NCBI GenBank assembly: GCA_963921275.4
Contig: OZ001293.3
Coordinates: forward strand, 384,001-448,000
Direction: 5' to 3'
Source: an uncultured Hormoscilla sp.
GTDB taxonomy: Bacteria; Cyanobacteriota; Cyanobacteriia; Cyanobacteriales; Desertifilaceae
Length of the DNA stretch: 64,000 nucleotides
The position numbers were made by a program, and so were the translations under genes. The stretch's first letter is position 1; every line of letters begins with the position of its first letter. Below, piece by piece: positions 48,350 to 61,650 of this stretch. Under the pieces are notes generated by a model. It saw nothing but the letters and a program-made list of their open reading frames with translations. It ran no database searches and was not told the DNA's origin.

Positions 48350-48552
48350 AAGCTTAATCTTATACATGTAGAGGTATGTTAGTTTTTTGAGGAAAGGAAA
48401 TCCAGATCGCTTCTAGAGCGTATCCCAGTAGAAGTGCTAGCTAAAATAACAATGTTTGTTTTTAGTCGGTTAAAACCGACTTTAGCTATTAGCCGGAGGT
48501 TTGAACCCCGGGCGGGTTAACTGTGAAATCGGGGAGAACAAAAGACGGTTTT

Positions 48553-51500
48553 ATGTCTAAAATAACTCGCAGAGAACTGCTGATTTTCTTTGGCTGCGGT
48601 GCAGCAGCAGCGGTAGTAGCAGATGGGGGATTGGAAAGAAAAATATTGGGCGCTGGCGGCAACATAGCCCAAGCAATTGAAGGGGATCTGTCATTCACCC
48701 CGGTGCGCTTGCTCCATCCTTTAGAGATTTACCAAGATAAGGAAAGCTTCTTGCCCACGGGAATTGATGGTGCAGGGAAAACTCTGCCAGCTGTAGCAGA
48801 TCCTAGCTTAGATAGCTACAAAGTCATAGATGACGTGGTGGTGCCGCCAGAATACGAACGTTACGTGATTGTCAAGTGGGGCGATCAGGTATTTCCCAAT
48901 TCAGAAGATTACGTGAGCTACAACTGCGACCTCACAGGTTACATTCCCATTCGCGGCAGCAATAATAACGGTTTCCTCTGGGTGAATCACGAGTATGTAT
49001 CCTATCCGATGAGCATTTTGCCAGTCGAAGATCCAACAGAATACGCAGGATTCCCCCACAACTGATGATTTAGTGCTTAACCGAGACTTGTCAGAACTAA
49101 ATCCCGCTACTCTGGGAGAATTTATGTATAACCAGAGCGGTTCGATCCTGCGGGTGAGAAGGAATGCAGCAGGTCGCTTTCGAGTGGTAAGTAAGAATCT
49201 CTTTAATCGCCGCATCCACGGTCTTTCAGGCTTAGAAATTAACAGCCAGCGCACGAACCGCCATCGGCGGGTCATATCCTGGGGCGATCAGCAAGGAGAC
49301 CAGAACTTTCTGGTAAAGACTGGACCTGCTGCCACAGAGGACTTTGAGGAAGTAAACTCAAATAAACTGGGCAATCGGATTATCGGCACGGCCTACAACC
49401 GTTCTGGGGGAACAACACCTTGGGGAACCATCCTGACGGCAGAGGAAAACTTTCAGAGCGTTGTAAATGAGGATGTCAAGCCCCGAGCCTGCCCACCCAG
49501 ATGGGCTATATGGAAGATTCGATCGGGGAAGTATTCGGTCTAGAGGGGGAGAAATACGGCTGGATGGTAGAAATCCCGGTCCTGCGGCCCCGACAACAGG
49601 CCAAGAAACACACGGCCTTAGGTCGCTTCCGTCATGAAAATATTACCTTCCGGGTAGAAGCAGGGAGAAAGTTGAACGCCTACATGGGAGACGACCGTCG
49701 GGAAGGTCACACCTGGAAGTTTGTCAGTAATGGCGTAGTCACAGATCCGAGCGCTCCGAACAATAGCCGCTTGTTGGAAAATGGCATTCTCTATTGTGCC
49801 CAGTTGAATGCTAACGGTACGGGGACATAAATTCTCTTACTGCTTAATACTCCCACCAATCCCAATATCCCGTCACAGATTGCCTCGCGGGAACTGGCCG
49901 CCCTAGGAGAAGCGCAAAGAAACGGTCACGTCCTCCTACCAAAGCGCAGCGGGATTGCTGGCCAAACTGAAGATGGCGGTCCCTTTGTGGTAGACCTGAC
50001 CAATGAGGATACGGCACTATCCGATTATCGGGGTAAGAGGCCGAGGGATTTCTATGACAGCCAAGGTGCTCTTTTAGTTGATGCCTTCCTGGCTGCCAAT
50101 CTGGTGGGCAGAACTCCCACGGCCCGTCCAGAAGATCTGGAAGTCCACCCCACAACTAAAGAAGTGTTCATTGCCCACACCGACGGCACCCCACGCAGCG
50201 ACGGCCATCCTGACTCGCGAATTTTTCAGAACGGCAAGTTCAGTACAGCTGCGAACGCGAATCAGCAGTCGGGGGACTGTACAAAATTATAGAAAACAGT
50301 GCCGACGGTAGGGGAAATAGCTTCCGTTGGGAACGCTTCGCCCAAAGCGGAGAACAGGGAACCCTTTAGGAGCTGGTTTTGCCAACGTGGATAACCTAGC
50401 CTTTGACAACTTTGAAAATGTCTGGGGTATCACGGATATGTCCACTAGCCGACATAATGGTTTTCGCACTGGTTCCGAACCCGAAGAACGGACGATCGAC
50501 CACGCGCAAACAGGCAATGCGGATGCCTTGGTGGGAGTTTTCGGCAAAAATTGGCTGTTCTACATTCCTACCAGCGGACCAGATGCGGGAGCAGTGATCC
50601 CCTTTGGCTACGGTCCCGTGCGCTGTGAGATGACTGGTCCTACCTTCGTAGGGGATACCCTCATCATAGCAGTGCAGCATCCAGGAGAAGATGTGCCGAT
50701 CGGGGGATGGAACTCAACTGAATCGCGACATTGAGATGTTGAACTTGAATGGTCGCGTATTTAATCGGGTGCATCTCAGTTAGGCGATGAGTATATTTAC
50801 TCAGCAAAAGTGGATTTACTGAGTCTGATTAGGCAACTAATGCGCCATTCAGGTAGGCACAGCGATGCTTCAACACCTACGGTCCGCGGACGGCCCAAAA
50901 AATCGGCACATTCTCGGCTCGCCATTGTGCCCCCGGTAATTTCACCCTTAACCCAATTTGTTTCACCAGGGACTCAACCCGACCAGAGCCAATCGAGTGC
51001 CGAGCTGCCTGCCCGTTCGCGCAGCGGCCCGACGCCAGGAGGGCTAGCCTGGTAGTTGATCAACCCTGTGGCTCCCCGACATTGCTGTTGGCGCAGATAA
51101 CTAATCGCCCTCTGGGTCTCCCCTCGCCACAGGAGTGCACGGTCCGCGGACGGCCCGAAAAATCGGATCTGCACGGTCCGCGGACGGCCCGAAAAATCGG
51201 ATTGAGCCGGTGTCCCTTGCACCTTATTGGCATTTTCCATTAGGTGATACCAATCGAGCACTTCGATACGTTGTTCTGGTGTCCCGATACCACTGAAAAT
51301 GTTCCACACCCCATCATGACCATCTCCGAGACCGGTGAACTGCGCCCCTAGGGGCTGGGCATTCACCCACTCAAGCAGCCCTTGATTATCCTTGAAGAAA
51401 GCCACACTGCCTTGCTCATGGACATTTAAGGCTTTGTATTCTCGCCACTCACTAGGTTGACCCTCCACGGTCCGCGGACGGCCCGAAAAATCGGTACGAA

Positions 51501-52237
51501 GGCGAATCATGCCGCCATCCAAGCTGAGCTCCTGAATCGGTTCAGCTATCTCTACCTCAGACCAGTCCTCTCGTTGAACAAAGCGTTGGAGCGTACTGTG
51601 GGAGATGCTCACCCCAGTCAGCATCGCGAGATCTTGTACGGTCCGCGGACGGCCCGAAAAATCGGCTCTCTGGTAAGAGGCATTGGCACTGACGACCCAA
51701 CAACATTTTTCCACATACGGACTCCAACGAGTTCCCGGTTTAACTTGCAGTTGTTGGGCTTGAGCAGTGGTGAGGGTTAGTTTGCCCAGGATACTGGTCA
51801 GGGTGCGCTGTTTTCCGGTGCGGCGGGAAGTCGCCGTGTTGATAAAAAAATTCCTAGTTGAGGCCAGACGTGTTCTTGGGCAAGCGCACGAACGTTTTTC
51901 TCAATGCCTTCAAGGGTGGTGAGTTCAGTGGGGTCGGCTTCCTGGTAGAGAATCGCGGCAATCGCGTCAAGATGTTGCTGGAGTTCAGCCTGCTTTTGGG
52001 AGTTCATGGGTCAAGGGTGGTCAACAGTGCCTAAATTATGTACCGTTTTGAGGGAGACAAGCACTAAGTATAATTACTCATCGCCTAACTGAGATGTACC
52101 CATTTAATCAGACTCGAACAGTACCGCGAGGCAGTAATTGGCCGAGTAATATTGAGGGGGATGCGGATGGTCCGCCGCTGCCCACGGTGATTGGCATTAA
52201 ACGCCAGGGCTCCACTGGCGGTAACAGTTTTCTGTAA
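48553..52237 (+). pseudogene. phoX: Second PhoX paralog, disrupted and IS-interrupted
   Basis: RRELL, WVNHEY, GGTTPWGT..AEEN, GRFRHEN, ARPED, AVQHPGE; frame resumes after the IS (QTRTVPRGSNWPS). Confidence 0.85.
50767..52101 (-). mobile_element. ISKra4-like insertion sequence with degenerate transposase
   Basis: TIR GGGTGCATCTCAGTTAGGCGATGAGTA, 8-bp TSD ATTTAATC; DGG, GDGHDGVW, LDWYHL; T7 slippery run near 51845. Confidence 0.85.
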
Positions 52238-52591
52238 TTAAGTACCACCCCATCCCCACCCTAAATGATTCTGTTGGCGAATTACCATTCTGGAGCGATC
52301 TGCGAGAGCATCCGAGCAGGGAGCACCCGAGCAGGGAGAGGCGAGAAAATCATTGATTTCTAATGGTTGGGGGTCGCTGGGGGGCGAGGCCCCCAGTTGA
52401 TTCGCCAACAGCAACAAAAAGGGGGGAGCCAGTTGCTCCCCCCCAATCGGCGCGGGGGGGGCTGGGGGGGATCGCCCGCTACCGACCAGAGTCAAAAATT
52501 GCTCTACTCTATCAACAAATGCATGACCGCACCCCAGATGAAGGCCAAATTAAATATGCAAGAAATACAAGGAAAAACTTAGGAAAAAATA

Positions 52592-53747
52592 TTAGTATTT
52601 TTGATAGGTACGGCCCGATTTTGAAGAGTAAGACGGACAATTTGTTCTGTGGGATAGCCATGTTTGGGAAGAGTGCGAAACCAACGGGGAAAACCTTGCC
52701 AAATATCTCCTGACATTTCCAGACTTAGCAATTGTAAAATTCCCAAGGCTGTTCAGGTTTACAAAGCGCTCCATAGCAGCCATCTTAATCTTGAGAAGTG
52801 GACGGTCCTTTACAGGAAACTGGTCAATGATAAGATTTTTAGGCCACCGAGGAGTGGGCGGAAGACTTTTCATCTCATTGCGATAGCTGAAACCCCATAA
52901 CAGCGTTTGGGAGTATACGAAAAGTCACCTCAATCTTAAACCGCCATCCATAAGCTTCAATAATTTCCGACCCTGATAAGGTGATATCTGTTGACAGAAG
53001 AATCATTTGCTTACCACAAGGTAGTACAGTCAATACAAACCGTACCAAATGTTGTGGACTTCGATAATGCAAGTCAATGGTGCGGTAGCGCACTGTTACT
53101 TGCTTTCCGTAGAGTGCCACTGTAGAACTGATAAAATTCTCTGTTGAGGTAAATAAAGTTCGTAACTGTATACGCTCTCCCCATATGCGTGGTAACCCTT
53201 GTCCTCGCTTGGGCGGAGGAGGTGGCAAAGGGTGTTTCCCAACTGTATTGATTCGCACACGACTGATCAGGTGTAACTGATTTTCACGGAACAAAAGCTA
53301 CAAGTTCCCGGCAGCAAAGAACGCATCCAGTACAACGTAACTACCTTCTGTGGCTAAGCGCACACACAATGCGGCCATCCGGTCAAAAGCGGGTAATTGT
53401 CTCCACTTTGTGCTGCTGTAATCCCGGAATGGATTCGTAAAACTATGGGTACAGCAAAAAGAGCATCAGCATATCCTAATAGGAGGCATAAGCATCCCTT
53501 CGTAATGGCCTCTAATCCAGTCGGGTTTGTTTGTATTGTCTGACTCTTGATGCAGCTTTTTAACTGCTGGCATCTTTTGTCCTTCCTTGCTGACTTTAAT
53601 TCCATCTCCGACATAAACCGGTTTTCCACGTAGCTGATGTACATTAGGGTGCTTAATTAACCATTTAGCCCAAGGGCGAAACCTGCGGGAGTGTTTTTTT
53701 GTCCTACCTCTGTTCCCTTTGGCTTTTGTATTCCTAATGGCATACAT
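52592..53747 (-). pseudogene. DDE transposase remnant (IS4/IS701-like)
   Basis: VGDGIKVSKEG.KMP.VKKLHQES, YVVLDAFF, YGWRFKIEVTFR fragments. Confidence 0.7.
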
Positions 53748-53962
53748 CTAAAGAACTTCGCACTGTCCAGTGATTTATCCATGGGGTAAGATGATTTATA
53801 TATGCTATTGGATAAATTATTATGGGGTGGGATAATTTATCGGTGCGGTGGGAATAAAGAGACCGGCGATGAGTAGAAAGAGACCGGCGGTGGGAGGATT
53901 GTTCAATTCAAGGGACACAGGGAGAAGAGATCATTGCCAGTCGGAAAGGGAAGGAGAAAAGA

Positions 53963-56360
53963 ATTAAACTAAGCCAGTCCGTCACCGGACCGACTCGTCT
54001 TCAAAACCGGACATGAGACTTTCGCCTCATCCTGCTCCTCGGTCACGCCACCCTTGTCATGGGTACGGCTACTGCCATCGCTGGCAGTCTTTTTGTCGTG
54101 GCAGTGTTTGTGTAGCAACTGTAGGTTGTCATACCGGTCCTTACCTCCTAGTGAAAGGGGCATGATATGGTCAACTTCCCATTTGTCACTATCCATAAAC
54201 GTTAGTCCGCACTGTTGGCATTTTCCCTTTTGCTGCTTGAGTAGCGTTGCTACCCTTTTACTCAGTTCGGGGCTTTTGCCTAATCTTGTGCTCCAATATG
54301 TGAGGTTCCCGTCGTATGGGCTTGCGGTCCCTTTCACTTTTACGTGTCTGATTATCTCAGTTTCGGAGTGTTTACGTATCTTCATATCACCCTCTTTTGT
54401 CTTGCTTCGGAATCGCCATTTAGCATCCTGGTTTACAGACCAGTATTTATAGGTTATCCAGTTACTTGACTTGTTAGGGTGCCTCCTTTTGGCCCATTGC
54501 CATAGGATGTTCCATAGGTAGTTGTCCATATCGCTGTAAATTTCCTTGCTTACCACTGTCCTAAAGTAGTTTGACCATCCCCTTATTATCGGGTTTAGCC
54601 TGCTTATTAGGGCCGCTTGTGGTGCTGTTATATGGCTAGTTACCATTTCTGATAACCGTTCTTTATGCTTCCCTATGGACTTATTACTGGGTTTGATTAG
54701 GGTTTTGAATCCTAGGGGTGTTCCGTTTGTTGATTTGCCGGTTCTGTATTTTCCCTCTTTATATTGCCTTATGTTGAATCCTAGGAAGTCGAATCCCGGG
54801 TTTTCTCCATTTAGCCTGTGGGCTATCTTTGTCTTTTCGGGCCTTCAACTCAAGCCCTATTCTTCTTAGCCACTCTGCCACCACTGTTTGCGCTCTGTCT
54901 ATCATCTCCCTGTCTTCATGCATGATCACAAAGTCGTCTGCGTATCTGACTACCGTCAGCTTTCGCTTTTCCCTTTGTGTCTTTGCTAATTCCATTACTG
55001 CTTCCTCTAACCCCTGTAGGGCTATATTGGCTAGCAGTGGGGATATGACACCCCCTTGTGGCGTTCCTGCCTCAGTTGTGTGCCATATCTTCTTGTCAAT
55101 CACCCCGGCTTTTAACCATGCCCGTACTTGTTTACGGATTGGTGACGTAGTATTTAATTTTTCGACTAGCGCTTTGTGGTCTATCCTGTCGAAACATTTC
55201 GCAATATCTGCATCTAATACCCATTGGGTTTCTGTTTAATGCTGCTGAATATTGCCGCAATTGCATCGTGGCATCCCCGACCCGGTCTGAATCCGTATGA
55301 GTTCCCCTCCATATATGCTTCCCATTCGGGTTCAAGCGCAATCTTGAGGAGCCCTTGATTCGCGCGGTCGTGCATCGTGGGTATTCCTAAAGGACGTTTT
55401 TCTTCTCTCCCTGGCTTAGGAATCCATACACGACGTGTAGGCTTAGCCTTGTTTGAGATTTCAATCTGTCCTACCAGTTCTCGGCGTTGCTTTGGGGTTA
55501 GTGATTTCACACCATCCACACCGGCTGTCTTCTTTCCCTGGTTATCTTGTGTAACCCGTCGTACCGCTAGACATTTGGCAGCCCGGGAGCTTACCAGTAA
55601 CCTTTGGAGCCTGCGAACTTTTTGCTTATTGCCTTCTTGTGCCGCTCTGTAAATTCGTTTTTGCAACTTAAAGACTACCCGTTCCAGCCGAGGCCAGGGG
55701 ATATCCTTCCATTCATTCATCGATTTTGACATCGTGCTCATGACGTATGTATTGCTACTTACAACTTTACAATTGACGTTACCGTGAGGGCGTCAGCATA
55801 TCCCATCCATTACAGAAAGGCGTTAGCTTCTCCGCGAAATTTTTCCCAGATATAACCTGCCGAATGTAAGCAGATGTTGCGCCTTTGGTGGCTGCTCAAC
55901 CTATCGACCGGTGGTTGAGAGTATGTACCTGGTTTACTTCGTTCCTCTAGATGATTGGTCGTAGTTTTAGGTGGATTCCTTATGCCGGGTTTATTGTCGG
56001 TGCTTATTGGTCGGAAAAGGAACCGCCAATGACCATTATCCTTTCCCTTTTGGGCCAGCGTGTTTAGCCTTATTACGCTGGTTTGTCGTAACGACACTGT
56101 AAATCTTTGCTTTCGCTCACCGTGACTACTTGCACGCTACGCGAAAAATCGGCGATGACCGGTTTAGGCTACCAGCCAGGGCGCCTTTCGTACCCGCTTC
56201 ACGGATTGATGCCATCGCTACCGTGGGGTAAGTGCTGTCACTCCTGCACCTGGAGGGGTGGGCTTTCACCACCATCATCTAAAAGTTATCAAGGCTAATG
56301 GAGCCTTGCCAGTGGTCCCCCTTCGGTTATCACCGGTGGTTTACACTGAACGAGTCGCAC
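53963..56360 (-). mobile_element. Group II intron with RT ORF (copy B), two frameshifts
   Basis: Inverted near-identical copy of copy A without the nested intron; ORF 55741-53969 has the shared +G and an extra 1-nt deletion near 55223. Confidence 0.93.
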
Positions 56361-56458
56361 TGACAATGGTGACATTACTGAGGAGCCGGATGAGGTGAAA
56401 AGCAGATCGTCCGGTTCTGAAGACGAGTCGGGGAGGTGACTCCCTGGCTTAGTTTAAC
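56361..56458 (+). ncRNA. 3' half (end of D4, D5, D6) of group II intron X
   Basis: tgacaatggtgac..gAGCcggatgaggtgaaa..gtccggttc..ggcttAgtttaac; continues exactly from 21678 on the minus strand. Confidence 0.88.
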
Positions 56459-56663
56459 ATTTGCCAATATTAGAGAACGCTTTAAACAAGGACATAAGGC
56501 TTTGGTCTGGGCTTTCATCGAGCGTCTGCATCCCGATGATGTCAGAATTGCGGCGACTTCTGTGGGGTTTGAATGGCATAAGTTACTATATGAATTAGAG
56601 GGAATAGTGATTCGACAGGTGAGACCACCATATAACATACAGATTCCCAAGGAGAGAGTATAA
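56459..56663 (+). pseudogene. GIY-YIG nuclease family protein, exon 2
   Basis: FANIRERFKQGH...YELEGIVIRQVRPPYN, in frame with exon 1 (AA+A = Lys). Confidence 0.8.
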
Positions 56664-57230
56664 TGCTGTTGAAAGATTTACATATCCAAAGACAAATATG
56701 GGATGATTATCCTGAGCCTGTTAAAAAAGTAATAGAGTTCTATTCTCTGGCCATATCATTATCTCCTCAAGATGTGATATAATATGCGATCGCATGTTTT
56801 GTCGGCATTGAGCAAAAGCCCTCAGATATAGATAGACTCTCGATCGAAGAGGGTGAGATATCTGCGTTTAGTCCCTATATCCAGAAGGGAATTCATGCTC
56901 ATGCTTTGACAATTGAATATCCTCCTGAAGCAGTGGTGGAAATGGCGAGCGCAAGTTTTATCGACCCAGATGCTATCACTTTTGATGATTGTCTTCCTGG
57001 GATCGATCGGGATAAAGTCGAGGGGCTAAAACGTTTCTATGGCATATTAGAGACTCCTGTGAAAAATCCCCCTAAATACCCCAGAGAAAGGAGGACTTTG
57101 AACGATCCTGTTACCCCCGCATCATCGGGGGGTTAGGGGAGATGAAAATTTTGACAAAATTTCAAACTGAAGACTTGACAGTTGCTCAAGTTGAGTGCAA
57201 TAATAGATGAGAGCTGCGATAGCACGAGAC

Positions 57231-57970
57231 ATGATTACCCAGTTACAGGTAGAAAACTTCAAATCCTGGCAGGAGACAGGTGAGATGGCGATGGCCCCCC
57301 TGACGGGCTTGTTTGGCAACAACAGTTCTGGGAAAACCGCCATCCTGCAACTGCTGCTGATGTGGAAGCAAACCGTAGAAAGCGTAGACCGGCAGCGGGT
57401 GCTGGAAATTGGGGGCGATCAGGCGACTAGAGTTAACCTGGGCAGGTTTAAGGATATCATACATCAACATCTTTTACCAGGCTAGATGAGCTTCAGTTTA
57501 GACTGGAAAGTCCCCCACCCCTTAGAAATAGCATATCCACAAGGAAAGCCCCAGCAAATATTATTTTCAATTCCCGCAGTCCAGTTTGCCACAAGGATCT
57601 TGGGCACGGACAACAGGATATCTGTAGAAAAATTGTCCTACAGCCTCAGGGCCAATGGCAACAGCTACAAATTTGGCATGAATTGCATCGAGGAGCAAGC
57701 TTATGATTTAATCGCCCAAGGGTATGAGATCCAGCGGCTTCCCGGTCAGAACTGGCCACTCCCAGTCAAAAGTTACCTATTCCCCGATCGCGTCAATGCC
57801 TACTATCAAAATGCCAGTTTCTTGTCCCAATTAGTGCTAGCATTCGAGGAGATATTTAGCAAGATATACTATCTGGGACCATTGCGGGACTATCCAAGCC
57901 GCAGATACTTATGGACCGGGGAACCGCCACAGGATGTAGGACAGCGAGGAGAGTTGGCGATTTCAGCCTT
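57231..57970 (+). pseudogene. AAA ATPase (DUF3696-type), truncated
   Basis: MITQLQVENFKS, GNNSSGKT, in-frame TAG at 57483, YYLGPLR; 3' half missing. Confidence 0.75.
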
Positions 57971-59219
57971 GCCATTGTCATCAAAATAGCGATACTCCAA
58001 CACACAGCGACTAAACAATAAACTACGATGCACGTCATCATTCTCGATCTCCTTAGACTCATGCACCGATCCCAATACCTCCCACTGATACTCCTCTACT
58101 GCTCTTCGGTACACGTCCCGCAGGTCATCCACAGCCCGTTGCACCGCCTGCGCCCGAATGGGAAGTTCGTCCGTTTTTGTAATCGCTTCCTGCATCAACT
58201 GTATCAAATCCCGCACGTAGCCGCCACTCATCAGGCACAATTTCTGTAGGACTTCCTCTGACTCAAAGACATCAGATATCAACGAATCCCTGAAACTCGA
58301 AGGAAGCCGTCGGCGAATGATATCTTTGAGGATATCCAATCCTTTATTGTAGGGGTCGCCATTTTCGCCATTTTCCAGATGCACCATAATCGACGGTAAA
58401 ACTTGGGGAATGTCATAGTTATCCTTGAGTTCCGTCGCCCAGCGAGAGTAAATCAGGGAAATGGGCACCGTATAGATAATATGGCAAGCCAGCGCCTTCA
58501 GTTGCTCGTGGCGATCGAGAAAAATCTCCTCCTGGTTGCTGCGTCCGTTTTCCCGGAAGATCGGCACAATGCGATCGAAGTTATCCGCGATCGCGAGCAA
58601 CCGCGTTTTCTGGGGCAAATGACTCCTAGCATCTTCAATAAAGGCATTGAGAGCTTGGATCAAAGTTTCCGTATGGGGTTCTATACGCTCCCGGATCTTC
58701 TGGCGTTGGCTTGGTTCCGCCCGCATTGTCGCCGTCAACTTAGCAAATTCCTTTAACCCCACCTCCAAATTTACATCATCAATGTTAATTTCTGTCAGCA
58801 TCACATCTTTCAAATCCCGCCGCCGCGCCTTGAGCCAATTGAGGATGGGACTGGGGTTCGCGTCTTTGAGTTGTCGCAGCAAATGGCGGGTGCAGGCTAG
58901 CAGAATATCCGTATATTGGGCATCCTGAACGCTGATATCTTCTTCATCGGCGGCAAAATATACCACCACATGACCGCGATCTTCCAAATCTTTCTTCAAC
59001 CGCAATAACTCCGTCATTTTCCCCGACCCTCGGTAACCAGAATATAGCTGGTAGGTCCCGCGATCGCCTGATCGTGCGTCCCAAGTCCTCCACTACATCC
59101 TCATCGCCGCGCACCGATCGACAGTCCACATAAGCCTGATCTCCCGGTTGCAAGGGTGTAGGGGTAAAAGCGTTGTAAATCTCATCGAGGATATCTTTCA
59201 TATCTTGGAGGCTAGTCAT
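57971..59219 (-). pseudogene. P-loop ATPase, frameshifted and truncated
   Basis: YVDCRSVRG, GYRGSGKMTEL, ADNFDR, SGGYVRDL; ends at a junction with the opposite gene. Confidence 0.75.
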
Positions 59220-59540
59220 AGTTCTAGATTATGTGTTGACTAAGAAAATAGAGAGGCTACAAATATTTTTAAATTATCCTCCTAGTCGGTTTTAACTCAT
59301 ATCTTGCACCATTCTCAACTAGAGGCGGAGCCTCGATAGCCCGTTCCCTGGATCCGCCGGGGAACGAGGGTAAAACGCTTTCTTTATAAGGTTTTCAGTC
59401 GGTTTTAACCGACTTTAGCTATTAGCCGTGGGTTTTAACCCACGGCGGGCCAGGAGATTAAGTGTAGCATTTTTTTGTAAATGTATTCGACCAAAATTTT
59501 TTCCTCTGAGGCCAAAAGGAAGTTACCGAAGCCCCACTAC

Positions 59541-60473
59541 GGTCGGGGTCGAGCTGGGAATCACTCCCCAACCCTCCAAGAGCGGAACCGGACTTGCGAC
59601 TTTCACCGCTGGGGCTTGTCCTTAGGCATATCATCATCAATAATTAGGTCACCCCGTATTCCCCTTACCCTCTGTAATTTTACCCCTTATGGTCAATCCT
59701 ATTGGACCGTTAATGATTTCAGCTCCGGAAGGTATGCGCTGCGCGCACGCTGCGCGATCGCGGAGGGTAGTTCAGCAAACCATTCTAGCCGCTCTTCTCT
59801 AACATTTCCCCATTCTGGCAATTTATCGGGGCTCTGAACTTTACCCGGCTGAGACTCTAGTCCATATTCATACTTTTGGATTTCTCCTAAGTTTTGCGAT
59901 GTGTTAGGGCTACTTTCACCAAAGGCTTCTTACCATATCCGTCCTACGTCTGCATATCCCAGGCATTACCCCAGGCGTTGGCTTCTTAGAACATCCTTCC
60001 TCTTCGCGGCTTGCGCTTTACATCTAACTGGTCCAAATGGGGACAGCTCACGTGAGGTTACTTCGTTCCCTGGTATCATTTCTCGATGCTTGTAGGCCCC
60101 TGCTATACCCCGGGAGTTCTTTGGGTGCGATGCTGGCAATAGATGACTACCAACACTAACTACCATTTTCCCTTTTGGGCCAGCGTATAAGCCTTATTCC
60201 GCTGGTTCTATGTAACGAGGCTTTAACAGGTTCGCTTGTTCTAACCATGAGCATCTTTCCTAGCGGCGTCACTGGGTTAGGCTGCCAGCTATCCTACATT
60301 TAAGTCCTAGCGGAGCACCACGGCGATGTGACCCCGCAGCACTAAGGACCGGTAGTACCCTCGACCCCACACCTGGGGAGAGGGAATTTAACCCCCATGA
60401 TAACCAGAGTTATCCGGCAAATGAAACCAGACCAGACTTCACCGTCGCCAGTTTACGCCTGAACGAATCGCAC
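59541..60473 (-). ncRNA. ORF-less group II intron (933 nt), D5 partly degenerate
   Basis: GTGCGATTCGTT at 60473; aAGCcccagcggtgaaagtcgcaagtccggttc; ctcgAccccgacc. Confidence 0.85.
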
Positions 60474-60966
60474 CATTAAAGCATAGTCTCTGTCCCCTGG
60501 TGAGGATAGCCAGGCCATCGAGTAGCAAGCGTGAAACCGGGTTTCTGGTTCATCTCGAACGAGATATCAACGATCTGACGACAGATGGCAGGTTTATCAA
60601 CGCCTGCAAGAATTAGATATCGCTTGTGAGTGTTCCATCAATCAGCCCTTGAAGGTTGATATCCACAGTCCCACAGTAGCAATTCAACTCCAGAGCGTTA
60701 TCAAGCAATTTATCGCCGCTCGCCCAGCCCCTGGTGGAATGGTTAGAAAGCTGCTAGCATAGCGAAATTTAAACTTCTATCCCGAATTACCGGTGGCAAT
60801 AATGGTGTTTTGTTGATAATATACTTCAACAAAGGAGGTGCAATTGCCAAAATCCTCAGACAAGATTCTACCAATGCCATGCTAGGGCCAAAAATATGGG
60901 GGCGCGATCGCGCCCCCATCAACTTGCAAAATTGAAAAGATAAAGGCAATAATGATTTTCAAGATT

Positions 60967-61380
60967 CTATTGTCCGACTTGTGTCTGTAGCCAAGGATTA
61001 GAATTTAGCGAAGCGTGCATTTCCCCTGGCCCTAAATACTCAACAAACTGATTTTCTTTGTCAACAAGAATCATCTTCGGATCGACGGGTGTACTTGTAA
61101 CTTGGAAAGACATGACTATCAGGCAGTTACCCTTGCTACTCAGCCTAGCGGCGGCTCCCTGTATCGAGCAGACGCCGGATCTCCGTTCTCCCGCGATCGC
61201 GTAGGTCTCAAAGCGATTGCCGTTAGTCACGTCGCAAACTAGCACCTTTTCAAAATTCCAGATGTCTGCCTTATCCATCAAGTCGGCATCAATGAGAATA
61301 CTTCCGATGTAGTCGGGATTAGCATCAGTCACCCAAACACGATGGATCTTCGACTTCAGGACAATTCTCATTCTCTTCAC
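60967..61380 (-). CDS. panD: Aspartate 1-decarboxylase
   Basis: KSKIHR, YIGS cleavage site, NGNRFETY, GAAAR. Confidence 0.9.
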   Translation of the reverse strand: MKRMRIVLKSKIHRVWVTDANPDYIGSILIDADLMDKADIWNFEKVLVCDVTNGNRFETYAIAGERRSGVCSIQGAAARLSSKGNCLIVMSFQVTSTPVDPKMILVDKENQFVEYLGPGEMHASLNSNPWLQTQVGQ

Positions 61381-61650
61381 CTCTGCAAATATAAGTTGCT
61401 TCCTGCACTGGCGTTTTACGATAACAGGATAATCAGCTGTTGTGCATCATCATTAAGTAGGTAGGCACAAATGGGAGGGCAATGTATTTCGAGCATTTAA
61501 CGCCAGACAATCTTCTCTGCCATGCTAGGGCCAAAAATAAGGGGGCGCGATCGCGCCCCCATCAATTTGCAAAAAAACTGGATAATCGAGAGTGCTGGCT
61601 GTTGCAGCAACCCGAGACCAATGATTAAGTTTGCCCAAAGGCCGGAAAAA

